DNA of 64,000 nucleotides from Neoechinorhynchus agilis (lineage: Eukaryota; Animalia; Acanthocephala). The stretch lies in the NCBI GenBank assembly GCA_051530055.1, contig CM121342.1:15019480-15083479 (forward strand). Reading direction: 5' to 3'. This document shows, piece after piece, positions 35,990 to 47,748 of the stretch. Each line of letters begins with the position of its first letter. Within the stretch, counting starts at the first letter, position 1. The notes below the pieces were generated by a model. That model did not search any database and was not told the DNA's origin. It saw only the letters and a program-made list of their open reading frames with translations. A program made the translations under genes and the position numbers.

Positions 35990-38260
35990 TACTTAAGAAT
36001 TCCTGTTTTCGTCAGGGAGAAAATCCCACCACAAACCTCACAGAATGCCGTTAAGAAGCTCGGTTGTGTGGTACCCTTGGCTGATGAAGTTGGAAGTGAC
36101 GTACTGGTGATGCTCCCTTCACTTGACTCGTTTTGGCCAAGCAAGTTTGCTTCTTCATATTGTGGTCCGTCAGAATCCTACCACGACATCACTAGTACAA
36201 AACGAAAATCCATTTGTAGGGAATATTGTATGAGTTCTGCCCATGAACGTTCTCAGAGGAGCAGTTCGCCTTTTATCATCAATGGGCAGTCTCGTCAAAG
36301 ATAACGAAGAAACTTTACGAACTCTTCGTTCCAAACATCCCTGTGACGGCGGTCGGTAGTATTTCGTGAAATCTTCCTCCTTCGAAACGATACATTATGT
36401 TTTATCATCGAAATCAGAAGTAAAGATGGCAATCTCCTCATTTGTTGACGAATCAGCTCACGGGCATGACGGGCTCCGGCCCCAACACCTACAGGATATG
36501 GCCTCCTTTTCAATAGGTGACGCTGCTCAGTCCCTTGAAAATGCATTAGTACGCTTAGTCGACCAATTTGTAAGGGAAGAGTTGACGCCGAAAGCAACTG
36601 GGCTATTTTTCGGCAAGTAGGAATGCAGCTTCGCACGACTCAGTTAGGCTGACGCAGATGCGATTGTTCATTCACTCCGCAGGTTCATCACCGGAGACTC
36701 AAAGCTTCGGGTAATCTTGAAATATGATTTCAAAAATGCATTCAACACAGTTCACCCAGCAGATTTGCTCGAAATACTTAGAGATCACGCACCAGAAGCA
36801 TTTCGCTATTTCGTTGATGCCTACGGGACTTCAACTCCCTTGTTGTTCAATAACCATGTTTTGTGATCAGAAAGAGGAGTTCAACAAGGAGATCCTTTGG
36901 ATCCCGTCGCGGACTGTCTCCAGGCGAAATTTGGCATTGAATTGAGTGCTGCGAGATGCGAGATTTTAGTGATGAACGTGGAAGATTAGGCGACTAAGCA
37001 AACTATCTTGAAAGATTTTCAGAACCTGGCCCCCGAGATATAATCGGTCACTCTAGACCGTTTAGTCTTCTAGGAAGCTGCATTTTTGGTTCTAATGTCG
37101 AAGCAGAGATTACCAATCTTCAATCGTAACTTTCGGTGCTTTGAGAACGAGTTGATGAATTATCTTCACACGAGGCTCTGTTCCTGATCAAGAACACTCT
37201 CTACATTCCAAAATTGCTGCATAAGCTGCGCACGGCACCTTTTTTAGACATAAGGATAAGCTAGCAAAATTAGACGAGACGGTGAAAGCTTACCTCGAGA
37301 AAATTTTAAATACTCAGCTGTCAGACGAAGCCTGACGTCAAGCGTCCTTGTCCGTGTCGTCCAGCAGTTAAGGTATCCGAAAAGCAGTCGATATTTCTCT
37401 GCCAGCTTATCTGGGATCGTATGAAGCAAACCGCAAAATAGTTCAGTCTTTACTTGACGAGAATTACACGTTGGATAACGATTTCGTGGAGGCTCTTCAT
37501 CTTTGGTGTTGAGATTCAGGCAGCGAGCAGGTATTCGTCAATGGATGCAAACAATCAGTTTGGGATGCTCCCTTGGCAGCGAGAATTCATTACTTTTAAT
37601 TTCAGATTATCGTGACTTACCGAACCGAACTGCTCTCCGACGAAACAGTAAGGATTGCATTGTCCCTGAGACTTGGGGTACCGACATCCTATCGCTGGCG
37701 TTGCGGAGCGACCTTGGATCCATCGGGGCGTCATTGTCTGTCGGCAATCAGGCGGAAGGTACTCATGACACGCCGAAATGAATGCAATTCTTAGCCGTGT
37801 CCTGAATACGGTGAATGCGCCCAAAATCCTAGAGCCGAGCAATCTTTGCCGATTCGATGTCCGTAAACCTGACGATGTTACAGTACTCCCGTCGCACGCC
37901 ACGTACGTGGACACGCTCGCAGCCAGCAACATAAAATCCGCCAGCACTAAGCCAGGGGAGCCGCAACCGCCGCTGAAGAACGCAAAAAGGCAAAATACAG
38001 AGACCTGATTCGAAATCATTATTTTTGTTCCCTTTGGCGTCGAGACGCTCGAATCATTTTGTACCACGGCGCAGGACCTGGTCAAGCAATTGTCTAAGAG
38101 TTTGAAACGAATCACTAGCGATCCGAGATCAGGAGCATTCCTCCTACAAAACATAAGTCTGGCTGTGCAACGAGGGAACGCTGCATCCGTCTTTTTGACC
38201 GTTACATCAGGACTGCAGCTGAGTGATCCAGAGCGGTGGTGTGAATGATTTCTGCTCCGA
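35990..38260 (+). mobile_element. Degenerate CRE-clade retrotransposon (RT, zinc knuckle, RLE)
   Basis: TLRTLRSKHP, SAHGHDGLRPQHLQD, YDFKNAFNTV, GVQQGDPLDP, CGATLDPSGRHCLS, FVPFGVETL, ISLAVQRGNAASV; many disablements. Confidence 0.85.
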
Positions 38261-38763
38261 TATTCTGAAGAACCTAATAAATTACTTGATTCAGTTAAAA
38301 AACGTAATTCAGTGCGAATTAAACACTTAAACAATGAGTGATAAGGAGAGACTTCCTCTTTCTAAATATTTATTACGTTTAATTCGGGGGATTATGATCA
38401 CCACAATTCAAACGTTATCTATCTGTTTGAAGATTGAATTATTCATGTTTGTTTAAAGCGGAAAAATGAAGGAATTAAATCCGATATTTTGGCAGTCTTG
38501 TGCCATTATCAAGGATGTTTGCTGAGGGAGATCGCTAAAATGCAAACAAAAATGCGTGGATCGTTTAAAATTATTCGCGGAATCTTTTAAATATTGGTGA
38601 TGAATCAAAAGAACGTGAGCTGCATTATAAAAGAAAATAATCGTAGATGTGATTAAATTAGCCAGAATAAGAACACTTCGTTGCCGTAGAAACATGTCGA
38701 AGCCCCGAGAAATGACAAAATGCAACTTATGACAAAATCTCGATAGTGCGACGCGATTCATCC

Positions 38764-39327
38764 ATGATCGAAATCATGCCGCGTTTATTCTTAGGATCCC
38801 TCGAAGACTACAATAATTTGCGATCTAAAAGCGAAAATCACATTAGCGTTGTCCTCTCTTGCTGTTACACAGTTTGCGAACCTTTAAACGAGGTTTGCCA
38901 GCACCGAATCGTGGTCTTTGATAACTTGGAAGAGAATGTTTCATCGCATTTTCAAGTATCTAATTCTTACATTCATGAAGCTAGGTCATCAAAGAAGAAC
39001 ATTCTCGTACATAGCATCTCGGGACGTTCTCGTGCTCCAACATTCATCGCGGCTTACTTGATGTGGTGGTGCAGAATTTCCTTTCATCGAACATTAAGAG
39101 TTATCAAAATTGTTGCACCAAACATAGAACCAAATCAGTCGTTTATTGAACAATTGAAGCATTACTCGGACAAAAAACCTATTTCACGTTTTATCCGAAG
39201 ACTCGAGCCAGCAAAGCTTTTCATAAAAGACCGAATACGAATTCGCCAGTATGTAAAAAGGTATAAGAAAGCTGAATACTTAGTGCCTATAGCTCATTCG
39301 CTATTGCACATAAATAACTGCTCGTAG
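38764..39327 (+). CDS. Atypical dual-specificity phosphatase-fold protein, predicted pseudophosphatase
   Basis: IMPRLFLGS...ISVVLSC...VFDNLEENVSSHF...ILVHSISGRSRAPTFIAAYLM...NIEPNQSFIEQL; HCxxGxSR motif has Cys replaced by Ser. An upstream exon is possible (acceptor-like AG at 38745-38746). Confidence 0.85.
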   Translation: MIEIMPRLFLGSLEDYNNLRSKSENHISVVLSCCYTVCEPLNEVCQHRIVVFDNLEENVSSHFQVSNSYIHEARSSKKNILVHSISGRSRAPTFIAAYLMWWCRISFHRTLRVIKIVAPNIEPNQSFIEQLKHYSDKKPISRFIRRLEPAKLFIKDRIRIRQYVKRYKKAEYLVPIAHSLLHINNCS

Positions 39328-39404
39328 CTTAAAAATAAACGATAAAAAGGCAAAAGTGCGATTTTGTATGGTTTTGGTTGTATCTCAATAAAAACCGTTG
39401 TTTT

Positions 39405-39790
39405 TTGAAGTCTGGCCGGTCGGTGCCTTTTTCGCGGCTGATATGATTTTCCTTTGGACACGCAGCACAAAAATCACACTTAATACCCTGAACCGTACGA
39501 TTGTGAGTTTGTAAGAATCTCTCCGGATTCTCGGATGCCTCCCGGGGAGGCGGGACTCATCGGTGAGTTTCCTCCCTTCAGTGGTATTTCGTCCCCTTTG
39601 GTTGTGCGTCATCAGCGGTAACGGATTCGAACCCTTTGACCCAGCAGACTAAGATTAGGAGCTTTAGTTCACTTGACCACCTCGCCACAAGTGATTTTAT
39701 GCGCTTCCCGGACCTAGATTGGTGAGTTGTGCTCCCAAAAGAAAATTATCAGCCATGAATCCACACAAAGGTACCGAAAAATCGTTTTCA
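39405..39790. mobile_element. MITE-like inverted-repeat element hosting a SINE insertion
   Basis: Arms ggtgcctttttcgcggctgatatgattttcctttgg...gcacaa (39421-39470) and ttgtgctcccaaaagaaaattatcagcc...aaaggtacc (39726-39776); related to the MITE at 41547-41676. Confidence 0.6.
39495..39690 (-). mobile_element. tRNA-derived SINE with hammerhead-like body (copy A)
   Basis: A box GTGGCGAGGTGG and B box GGGTTCGAATCC; body homologous to 62010-62180 and 40295-40400. Confidence 0.8.
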
Positions 39791-40294
39791 CTGAGGTCAA
39801 GATCGGTTGTGCTTTTTTGAGAAGATATTCTACAAAATATTAACTCTTTTTATCCACCTGCTTTGTAATAATCAACCATCAACATAGTCAACAGAATTAA
39901 ACCGATGAAACAGATATCGTAAAGTCGTTCATCATTTTCCTCTTTATACGAATTATAATAGTTGATTTATTTACTAGATAATTTTCGGCTTTCGCTTAGA
40001 CCTTCATGAAATACGCTATAAAGAAGGAAACAGATATGACATGCAAGCCAATCAGAATATCTGATTATAAATCTCACTCATTAGAATCGCATAATCTTTG
40101 AAGCTTTCCACTTTGATCGTGCGCCAATAAAACGGTAGCTTATCCGTCATCATGAGATCGAAACTTAGCCATTAAAATTCAATGGACACTTTTAATGAAA
40201 CGCGGAATTCTAACGATGGTATAATCCTTGAATGTATCCTTCTGAAAAACTATCTTATTTCTAGTTTAAGGAAGAAGATTTATTCAAGTGTGAC

Positions 40295-40400
40295 TGAATT
40301 TTGGCCCTCCGGATTCTCAGATACCCCCCGAGAAGACGGCACTAATTATTGATTCGTCCCTTTTAGTTATGAGTCATCGGCGTTTGTAAATGTTGAACCG
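40295..40400 (-). mobile_element. Internally deleted copy of the same SINE (copy C)
   Basis: Retains ggtcaaacggttc, ccgatgac...gggacgaat and ggtatctgagaatccggag. Confidence 0.65.
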
Positions 40401-40925
40401 TTTGACCTTTAAACATGGATTTAATTAAAGAAACGCATTCGTATAATTTAAATTAAGAATCAAATAAACGCCACAGTCATCCCCTTACGCTAGCTGCGTT
40501 TACTCGCTGGATTTGTACCGCATGAAGGTACTTCTTGGTTATTCCCAAAGCTCTCTATCTTAGAAATTTCTTTTGCTCCGCTGCTGTCGACACTCAACCC
40601 GGGATCATTAATCCCAACATTGGCGTTGGATTCGGGTTTCTATTTGTATCTTGTCTTTATAGTAAAGTTCAGTCAAAAGGTTTGAGACTCGTTAGCCGTT
40701 ATATCTAATATTCGGAAATCCGAGGTCCGAAAAATGAAGAAGGTATATTTTGATTGCTTTAATAAAGCTATAAACTTTACGATCAATCTATATCGCGATG
40801 AATATACCGTGCAATAAAGCTCAATCCGCATTATAATTCCAGATTTGATCGACTCGTGATGTTCAAATAGACGAGTGTAGAGTTCAACATTGACTTAAAC
40901 TGTATTTTAGATGCAACCAAATTAA

Positions 40926-43900
40926 ATGGACAGTCAACTCGCCAAAGTCGAAAAGGAACCGATTTTAGCCACAAGCCAGATTACAAGCGATCTCCATAGA
41001 ACTATCGCGATCACTAGATCCATAGTACCGACCTGTCTAGCAGTCAGTTCGACCATTTTGGCCGTAGGATGCCGCGACGGCCGTGTTCATCTATTTGATC
41101 TTGTAGGGAATTCCCTTGAACGGATAATAGAATTCACAGTAAGCAGCTTACTTCTGTTGTTGGTTTATTAAACCTATCTATGTGCCACCGAAAGGGTCCA
41201 ACTGACGAAATTCGAACCGTTCGTTTTGACCAAAAAGGTGAATATCTAGGATTTTGCAGCGCCGAAGGAAAGGTCAGTGATGGCCGTTTTAGAAAAATAG
41301 ACTGAATGTTTATAGGTTGGAGTAATGAACGTATTCAACGACGACAAACAAGGTGATGAACCAATTGCTCACTTAAGCAGTCTTGCACAAATCATGGGTA
41401 ATCTCTGTTTACCACAATTTGATCTTACGGTTTATGGGGAGATTTCGACCGGTCCGAGAAAATACCTGTTTTCTTAACAATCGGTCAATCGAGATCTCAT
41501 TAATAACGCTTTATTCACCACTACCACTATAGGATCAAATCATTTTAATTTTTATTCTGTGTTGAAGTGAGGCCTTTGTCCACAGCTGATAATTTTTCCT
41601 TGGGCACACAGCCCACCGATCTGATTCAAGGATGCCGTGTGCCCAAGGAATCCTCACTTCAACGCTGAATAAATTTAACCGGTTAGCTAAACTTAAAAAG
41701 ACATTTTAATTTTATTCAAAAACCTTTTTTCGTCCTTCGGTATTTCTCCAATGCAAAATATTTTGACTTGTTAATCTTGTGCTCTACTGGCATAAAGGAA
41801 ACTGTTTACTGTATGGATATATCTTCTGACTTTAATGAGAGACCGCTGTTGACCGTCGGCGGAAAAGACCAGGTGAGATGCAGTTAAGCAGACAATTAAA
41901 TTGCCCTAAAAACTTAATAGGTATATATTATTGAAAAGCAAAACTTATTTGGTATGAAAAGGATAAAATCAAATTGCGTCTATCGGCTCAATCCGTACAA
42001 CTGGCCTGTTTTTTCGGTGCGAATCAACAGCACCTTCGTTGCTTTTGCCGATTCGCGTTCGATTGGAATCGTAAAAATCGCCTCTACAAAAATTAAATGC
42101 CACCTAAATCACAATGTTCCCAGGTAGCTTTTTTCTCCACTATGAGTTTCCTATTTCGAAATTTTAGCCTTGACTTTCCAGTTCTTAGGTGCTACTTGTT
42201 TTGGTCTGATAAAAACACCGTTGTGTTTGGGGCTGATCATGTCATCAAAATCCTTCGAGTGTTCGAAAAGGAGTCTCTTTCGCTAAAGATTTGTGAGTTC
42301 TAAGCTTTAGAATTATGAAGTTTATTTATTTGTAGTGGCATCTTTTACTACTCCTACGATTTGTCTCGGCTTATTCCCTTTTGATATCGGATCAATGGCC
42401 ATGCTGACGAGCAATGGTGCCGAGAAAGCCGTTGTTCTTATTCAACCAATAAAGAACGAATTAAAACTGCTAAGTTCGTTAAACATTTCAAACGAAAAGA
42501 TCATAGATTTTGGTAAATGTCATAGAGAATTGTCGTCGGAGCTAATTTAATCGTTTTTTGGCAACTAGTTACCCCCGGATAAGTTTGCATTGACGTAATT
42601 ATTATTATTAGAAATAATTCGTGAACGTTGTGTTCACGAAATATTTCTAATAATAATAATTATGTCAATGCAATCTTATCCGGGGGTAACTAGTCGCCAA
42701 AAAACGATTTTTTTAAATGATGTCGATTTCATTCTTCCTTTAAAAAGTAACACGTTACAGCACCACTGGCTAGTGAAAAATCATATTACGTTATGTACCA
42801 AGATGCGATAATTTGTGTTCGATCGCGTGATCAATGCGATCACATTATCTGGCTCCTGGAGCGGCGGAATTTCGAAGTGGGTTCTTTATTTCTTTTTGGG
42901 TCCTCCATACATGATTCGCTGAATAGGAAGCAGTAAGACAGATTGAGCGAGGAGCCATGAAGCCTACAAACCCAGAATTTGAGGTATTTTTCTAAACTAC
43001 GATAAGCTCTATTTTAGTTGACGCATAGAATGTAATCAATACAATATTCGTAAATCTTTTGTCTCAATCGACTGCTGATATTGCTGCTTCCGAGATTTGT
43101 CGCCTTTTTCTAACCCGCGTGTTTTTAACACCGTTCTAATTTTAACGAGAAAAACGTTTATTTAGCTTAAAAGTAGATTTACATAATTTTGTTACTCAGT
43201 GTGATATCAAATTGTTTTTATCTTCTCATGGTGTCCAAAAACGCCGGTATAAATACCAATGCCAATTCTGACACATGGATGCGTTTTATAGATTTGTTTT
43301 TGGAAAAATGCCCAGGGGATATAAAGGTTTGCATTAAGATTTTATACGTACATTGATTATTTTCGCCAACTAGCATTTAATATCAAACTTGCCTAGCGTT
43401 CCTCAAATCTGTCCGAGATCATATATACGCCTTATCAAAGAATTGATTGCTAATAGTGAATTTGAGGTATGTTTTAAAGTACGAGTAGCTACGAAGTTAA
43501 AAATCAATCAAAAGCTCATCCATGAAAAGCTGAAACAAGTAACGTTTACCCACGAACAGCTTACAGAAATCATCAGTATGACTGAGTCGTTCATGACTAA
43601 AAATGATTATAATGAAATAGAAGTAAAATCATTGCTGGCTTTGTGGTAAGGAGCCCATAACGATTTTTCGCGTACATCGTTGAATTATTTAGTTATGAAA
43701 AGCAGAATCATTTTTCGGCTGCTATGAACGAGTATATAAAGTGAGTCTATTTGTTGCGATGAATTCCTTATACTCTATTTAGCATACGTAATAACCGATT
43801 TTTCGATTTGATTGAAATTTATAATGACTACGAAGTCGTGCAAAACAATATATTAGCAATTGTTGAAATGAATGAAGAAGTTAGTGTTTATAATTCTGTG

Positions 43901-45861
43901 CATCTTAAGAGAGAATCATATAATTGTTAAGAAATCCATTGATTTGTTTTGTCGCATAAGCAATGATTGTCCGGATCAGGTAGGCTTAGTCTTTGAGCAC
44001 ATCTTTTGTGACCTTTCTGGTACATTAAATTTCCTCAATCGATCTAAATGATTCTGTTCATAATTTAAAATACGTTTTGGTTCCGAGCGCTGTGTCCAGC
44101 ACTCACTGCCTATCAAATACCAAAGAAATTGTTTTATAGTTTGATCGTTTAGCACCTTTTCGATTTTTTCGTTCATACGAAAAATCCAAGATAACAATTT
44201 CTTTATATAAATTATTCACAGCTTTTCACTGTTAAAATTTGTTTTGGTTTAGACTTATTGTTTAGGTTTTCACCCGGTAAATAATTTTTTGTAAAAAGCG
44301 TTTCGAACCTCGTCGGTTCATCATCAGTTCTAAAACTGATGATGGACCTCTCACAAGGTTTGAAACGTCTTTAATAAAAAATTATTTATCGGGTTAAGAC
44401 CTAAACAATAAGTCTTACCTTAGTACCTCCTCACATATCGACATGTTTTTGTTTAAATAAAAGGTTGTATCATTTATCGGTGCACTGTCACAAGAGCAAC
44501 ATGAATACTTTCTCCATAAGGTAATTCTTTTTATGTGACAATACTACTCACGTTGCTTTAGTATCTTTCACAAATGTTCAAAATTCGAAAAGATCTGACT
44601 AGAGAATACCAACCTCTCCAAATACGGCTGTACGGAAAATATGAGCGTCAAAGTCTTTTTCATTTCCTAACACTTTCCAGCAATTATTCTCTCCAGAATG
44701 CACTTGATTACTGCCTTAGTGAAAATATGCATCCCGAGGCCATTTATCTTCTAAGTAAGTAAACAAATACCTCGAGTGCGTTTCGAAACCGTGAATGAAT
44801 TATATTTGATATGCTTTTATAAACAAAAAGGATTAAAAAGGCCGCTTGGTTCATAGAAACAATGCGCAAATTCATTTGTAAAAATCAAAATTTAGTAAAG
44901 AATATAAGGAAACACATCGTGTTCTACCTTGAGATCAATAATTTGTGATTTCTCCGTATCACTAAACCATTCAGGATAGGGTGCGTAAGACAACTACGAA
45001 CCGTACGTTAACTTTTATTCTTGTGTGATGTTTCGAACTTGTTGGCGGATTTCAGATTTCAGTTTACTATAAAAATTTACAAGTTCCATTTTCTACATTT
45101 AAGCAAGGGTTGGTCGAAGTGAAGATGCCCTCAGATTGATGGTTGACAAAATGGAATCGGTCGCAATGGCTATTGACTTCTGCAAGCAGCACGACGACGA
45201 TGGAAACCAAAGACTATGGGCAAAGTTAGTTGAGTTCTGCAGTTTTAACAAAAATCGATCAATTGATTTGCTCACCCGCTTATCTCAATCCAACGAGATT
45301 ACCGTTGGCAAAGGAATACCCTCAGTTGATCTAAGTATTATTTTGGAATCACTAGAGGGAGCTGTTAACGCTGCCGATGTTGCGGCGCTTGTATCAAAGT
45401 ATATTTCAAATCAGACATGGAAGGTTAATAATTTGAAAACTAAGCTTTTTTCGAAATTAGAAAATTGTACCTATTCACTATTTAATCGAAGACTACTTAA
45501 GATTCTTATCGGTTTAACCTGTATTTTGTATTCTTTACAAATGCCAACATTTGCACCACATCTTTGATTATTATTTAAATCATCTTCGGGATATCTTTAG
45601 GTCAAACTGCTTGAAACTTGCAAATCTTGCGTTGACACTGAAGCATTTGGCAAGCTTGATCAGTTAGTCAAAAAGCGCCAATCGGGTATAAGTCTTGACA
45701 ATGCGAAATGTCCGGTCTGCTCTAAACCAATTTGGCCCTTAACTGATCAGCTAACATCAATCAGTGCTTTCCAATGTGGACATGTATTTCATCGTCTCTG
45801 CTCCTTGGTTCAATCTTCTGACGACGAAAAGTTTTGTGGGATATGTAGAAGAAATGAGTGA
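40926..45861 (+). CDS. VPS41: Vacuolar protein sorting 41 (HOPS subunit), ~17 exons
   Basis: Exons assembled by hand give WD40 region (LAVGCRDGRVHLFDLVG, FDQKGEYLGFCSAEGK), DHIIWLLERRNFEEA, clathrin-repeat region (LFHFLTLSSNYSLQNALDYC...RVGRSEDALRLM...AIDFCKQHDD), and C-terminal RING-H2 (CPVC...FQCGHVFHRLC...FCGIC*). Most introns are GT-AG; two are not. Confidence 0.9.
41376..41794. other. Probable non-canonical intron or IES-like insertion in VPS41 (419 nt, contains a nested MITE)
   Basis: tTA|AGCAGTCTTGCACAA...TTGTGCTCTACTGGCA|TAaag; both TA in the same codon phase; removal gives IAHLKETVYCMDIS. The nearest GT/AG pair is out of phase. Confidence 0.6.
41547..41676. mobile_element. MITE
   Basis: Arms ttattctgtgttgaagtgagg/cctcacttcaacgctgaataa and inner ttccttgggcacac/gtgtgcccaaggaa. 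Confidence 0.75.
42549..42709. mobile_element. Foldback MITE in a VPS41 intron
   Basis: Near-perfect ~160-bp palindrome aatcgttttttggcaactagttacccccggataag...cttatccgggggtaactagtcgccaaaaaacgatt. Confidence 0.85.
43113..43251. other. Non-canonical intron or IES-like insertion in VPS41 (139 nt)
   Basis: cTA|ACCCGCGTGTTTTTAACACCGT...ATGGTGTCCAAAAACGCCGGTA|TAaat; ~21-bp imperfect TIR; removal gives ICRLFLNTNANSDTW, aligning to human KCQKILGKNAALW. Confidence 0.7.
44251..44415. ncRNA. Inverted pair of Penelope-type hammerhead motifs in a VPS41 intron
   Basis: Plus strand 44336-44369 CUGAUGA-U-GGACCU-cucaca-AGGUUU-GAAA-CGUC; minus strand 44327-44295 CUGAUGA-U-GAACC-gacga-GGUUC-GAAA-CGC; both lie within a 165-bp imperfect palindrome. 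Confidence 0.7.
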
Positions 45862-46203
45862 GTTAGTAAAATGTCACGATAAATGGTCTTTGCTGGTGTC
45901 GATACATTTTTTGTTATTTTCTACTGAAATTCAACAAAGCGACTGAAATTTTTGTCCGGAAAATATATTGTATTATTAATTACCAAGAGAGAATTGTAAT
46001 TGTGGTGATTAGTTTCATAGAGCGTTGATGTTTGCGTTTTATTCAGCCGCTCTCGGTTGGTAAAAAATACAGCAAAATATAGATTTTACAAAATTGTTTT
46101 TCTGTGGACTAAATAAAGTTTCGATACTAAAAATTTTAAATGTTACCGAAAAATCTCATCACTAGTTAATCATATTCTGATCTTCGACTCGAAAAGTTTT
46201 TAG

Positions 46204-46666
46204 ATGGAAGAGACCGAGGATTCGTTTCGTCTTTTTTGGAACCTAAATTGGCCAAAAGTAAAAGATCTTGATCTTCCATGGGCGGTAAAGCACGAATTGT
46301 GCATTTGTCTCATTGAACCGTCAGTCGCTGCAATTATTTCTGAGCTCTTAGAGATCCAATCTCTTTCTGAACAGAAGAGTGAGATTTTAAGAGAGAACGA
46401 TAAATCGCCATTGTAACCTAACATTGGTCTCGGATGGGTTTTGATGGCTTAAGTTGATCGCCGAAAAATTGCGAAAACCACCTTCACAAGAGAAGATCCA
46501 AAATGAGATAATGCTGTACCGTCTGGATGCCAACATGCGTTTTCAACAAGATATCCTTCATAGGGCGTGCGTCCCATTTTTCAAAATGACCGAAGACCCC
46601 GACATTATCAATTTACAGGCAGAAATGATACGGATACTAAAACGGATCATCGACGATATTCAATAA
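46204..46666 (+). CDS. DGCR6: DGCR6/gonadal family protein, 2 exons (~137 aa)
   Basis: ELCICLIEPSVAAIISELLEIQSLSEQ resembles DGCR6 [59 protein letters not shown] resembles [32 protein letters not shown]. Confidence 0.85.
46403..46451. other. Non-canonical intron or IES-like insertion in DGCR6 (49 nt)
   Basis: gaTA|AATCGCCATTGTAACCT...GGGTTTTGATGGCT|TAag; 13-nt hairpin arms; removal gives ENDKLIAEKLRK. The only GT donor (phase 2) and AG acceptor (phase 0) are out of phase. Confidence 0.75.
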
Positions 46667-47231
46667 AAATGTTTGAAGCTGTGGGTCATGGAAATTGAAG
46701 TCATTCTTAATTTTTATGTTTTAGATACCAAATTTAGTTTTGGAATCGCAGGACAAGTAGAGAACACCAAATTTGTGTATTATAACAAAAGAGCCTAAAT
46801 ATGGAAATAGTTGTAGGACAGTTAAAATTTCTCGGTCGCACTAAAATTCCACTTATGGAGCAGCCGGCCTAACGATAATTATTTTTCGTGGTTATAATTC
46901 CAAATAGTAAGACAAATACAATAGCTAGTCATCGAGATTAAATCCTTCCGGATGATAGAGTTGTAGTTGTATTTGAAGCTTAAATTGTTCATGTTTTTAT
47001 AAAGCAGAAAAAAGTGAATTAGTTTATTTATTGAAACTGATATTTCGGCATAATCTTGTGCCTTTATCAAGGTTTAAAATGTATTTTAGCCCTTTATAAA
47101 GGCTAAAGATTGTGCCGAAATGTCGGATTCGATAAATAAATTACTTTAATTTTTCCCGCCATATAAAAAACCGTTGTAGTGAAATAAAATATATTTTATC
47201 GTCCGGGCTTATGATCATTACAACTACAAAA

Positions 47232-47304
47232 TAGTAAGTGGCCGTGTGGTGTGCGCGTTCATAATGCGCTCCATAGGTCGATGGTTCAAGGCCACCGGTC
47301 GCTG
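47232..47304 (+). pseudogene. Degenerate tRNA-Met-like sequence (pseudogene or SINE head)
   Basis: A-box-like TGGCCGTGTGG, anticodon arm GCGCG-TTCATAA-TGCGC (CAT), T-arm GATGG-TTCAAGG-CCACC; acceptor stem poorly paired. Confidence 0.4.
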
Positions 47305-47490
47305 GGTTCCACGGAGAAGCGGAAAAAGGTCACTTTTGCATTATTGCATCCTTTTTGTTATGTAGGATTTTTTGAAGAGACAGCTGGCACAGCTCCTATT
47401 TAGTTCTCTGCTTCGATACTTACGACATTCCGAATACTTTGATTTCCTTTCTTTTTCTTAGTTATACCACTTCCGGATTTGAATAATTCA

Positions 47491-47748
47491 CTGATTTATT
47501 TCCGATATTTCACGTCGTATTTTTCCGACATTTTTCCCCAAAGTTTGTTATTGTTAGTAAGGTTGTGGCGGTGGGGAAAAATTATATCAAAGAATGACTT
47601 CAATTGAAATATTTTGTTATTTCAATTGAAATCATTCTTTGATATAATTTTCCCCCACCGCCACATACTTATGGATTTTATCTTTAACTGTTAGTAAGCT
47701 TTACACAAACAATGAAAAACCTTGATGTGAAATATCGGGAACAAATGA
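47491..47748. mobile_element. Nested inverted repeats (MITE within MITE)
   Basis: Inner palindrome ~47565-47664 (gtggcggtggggaaaattatatcaaagaatga.../...tcattctttgatataattttcccccaccgccac); outer arms ttccgatatttcacgtc/gatgtgaaatatcggga. Confidence 0.7.
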
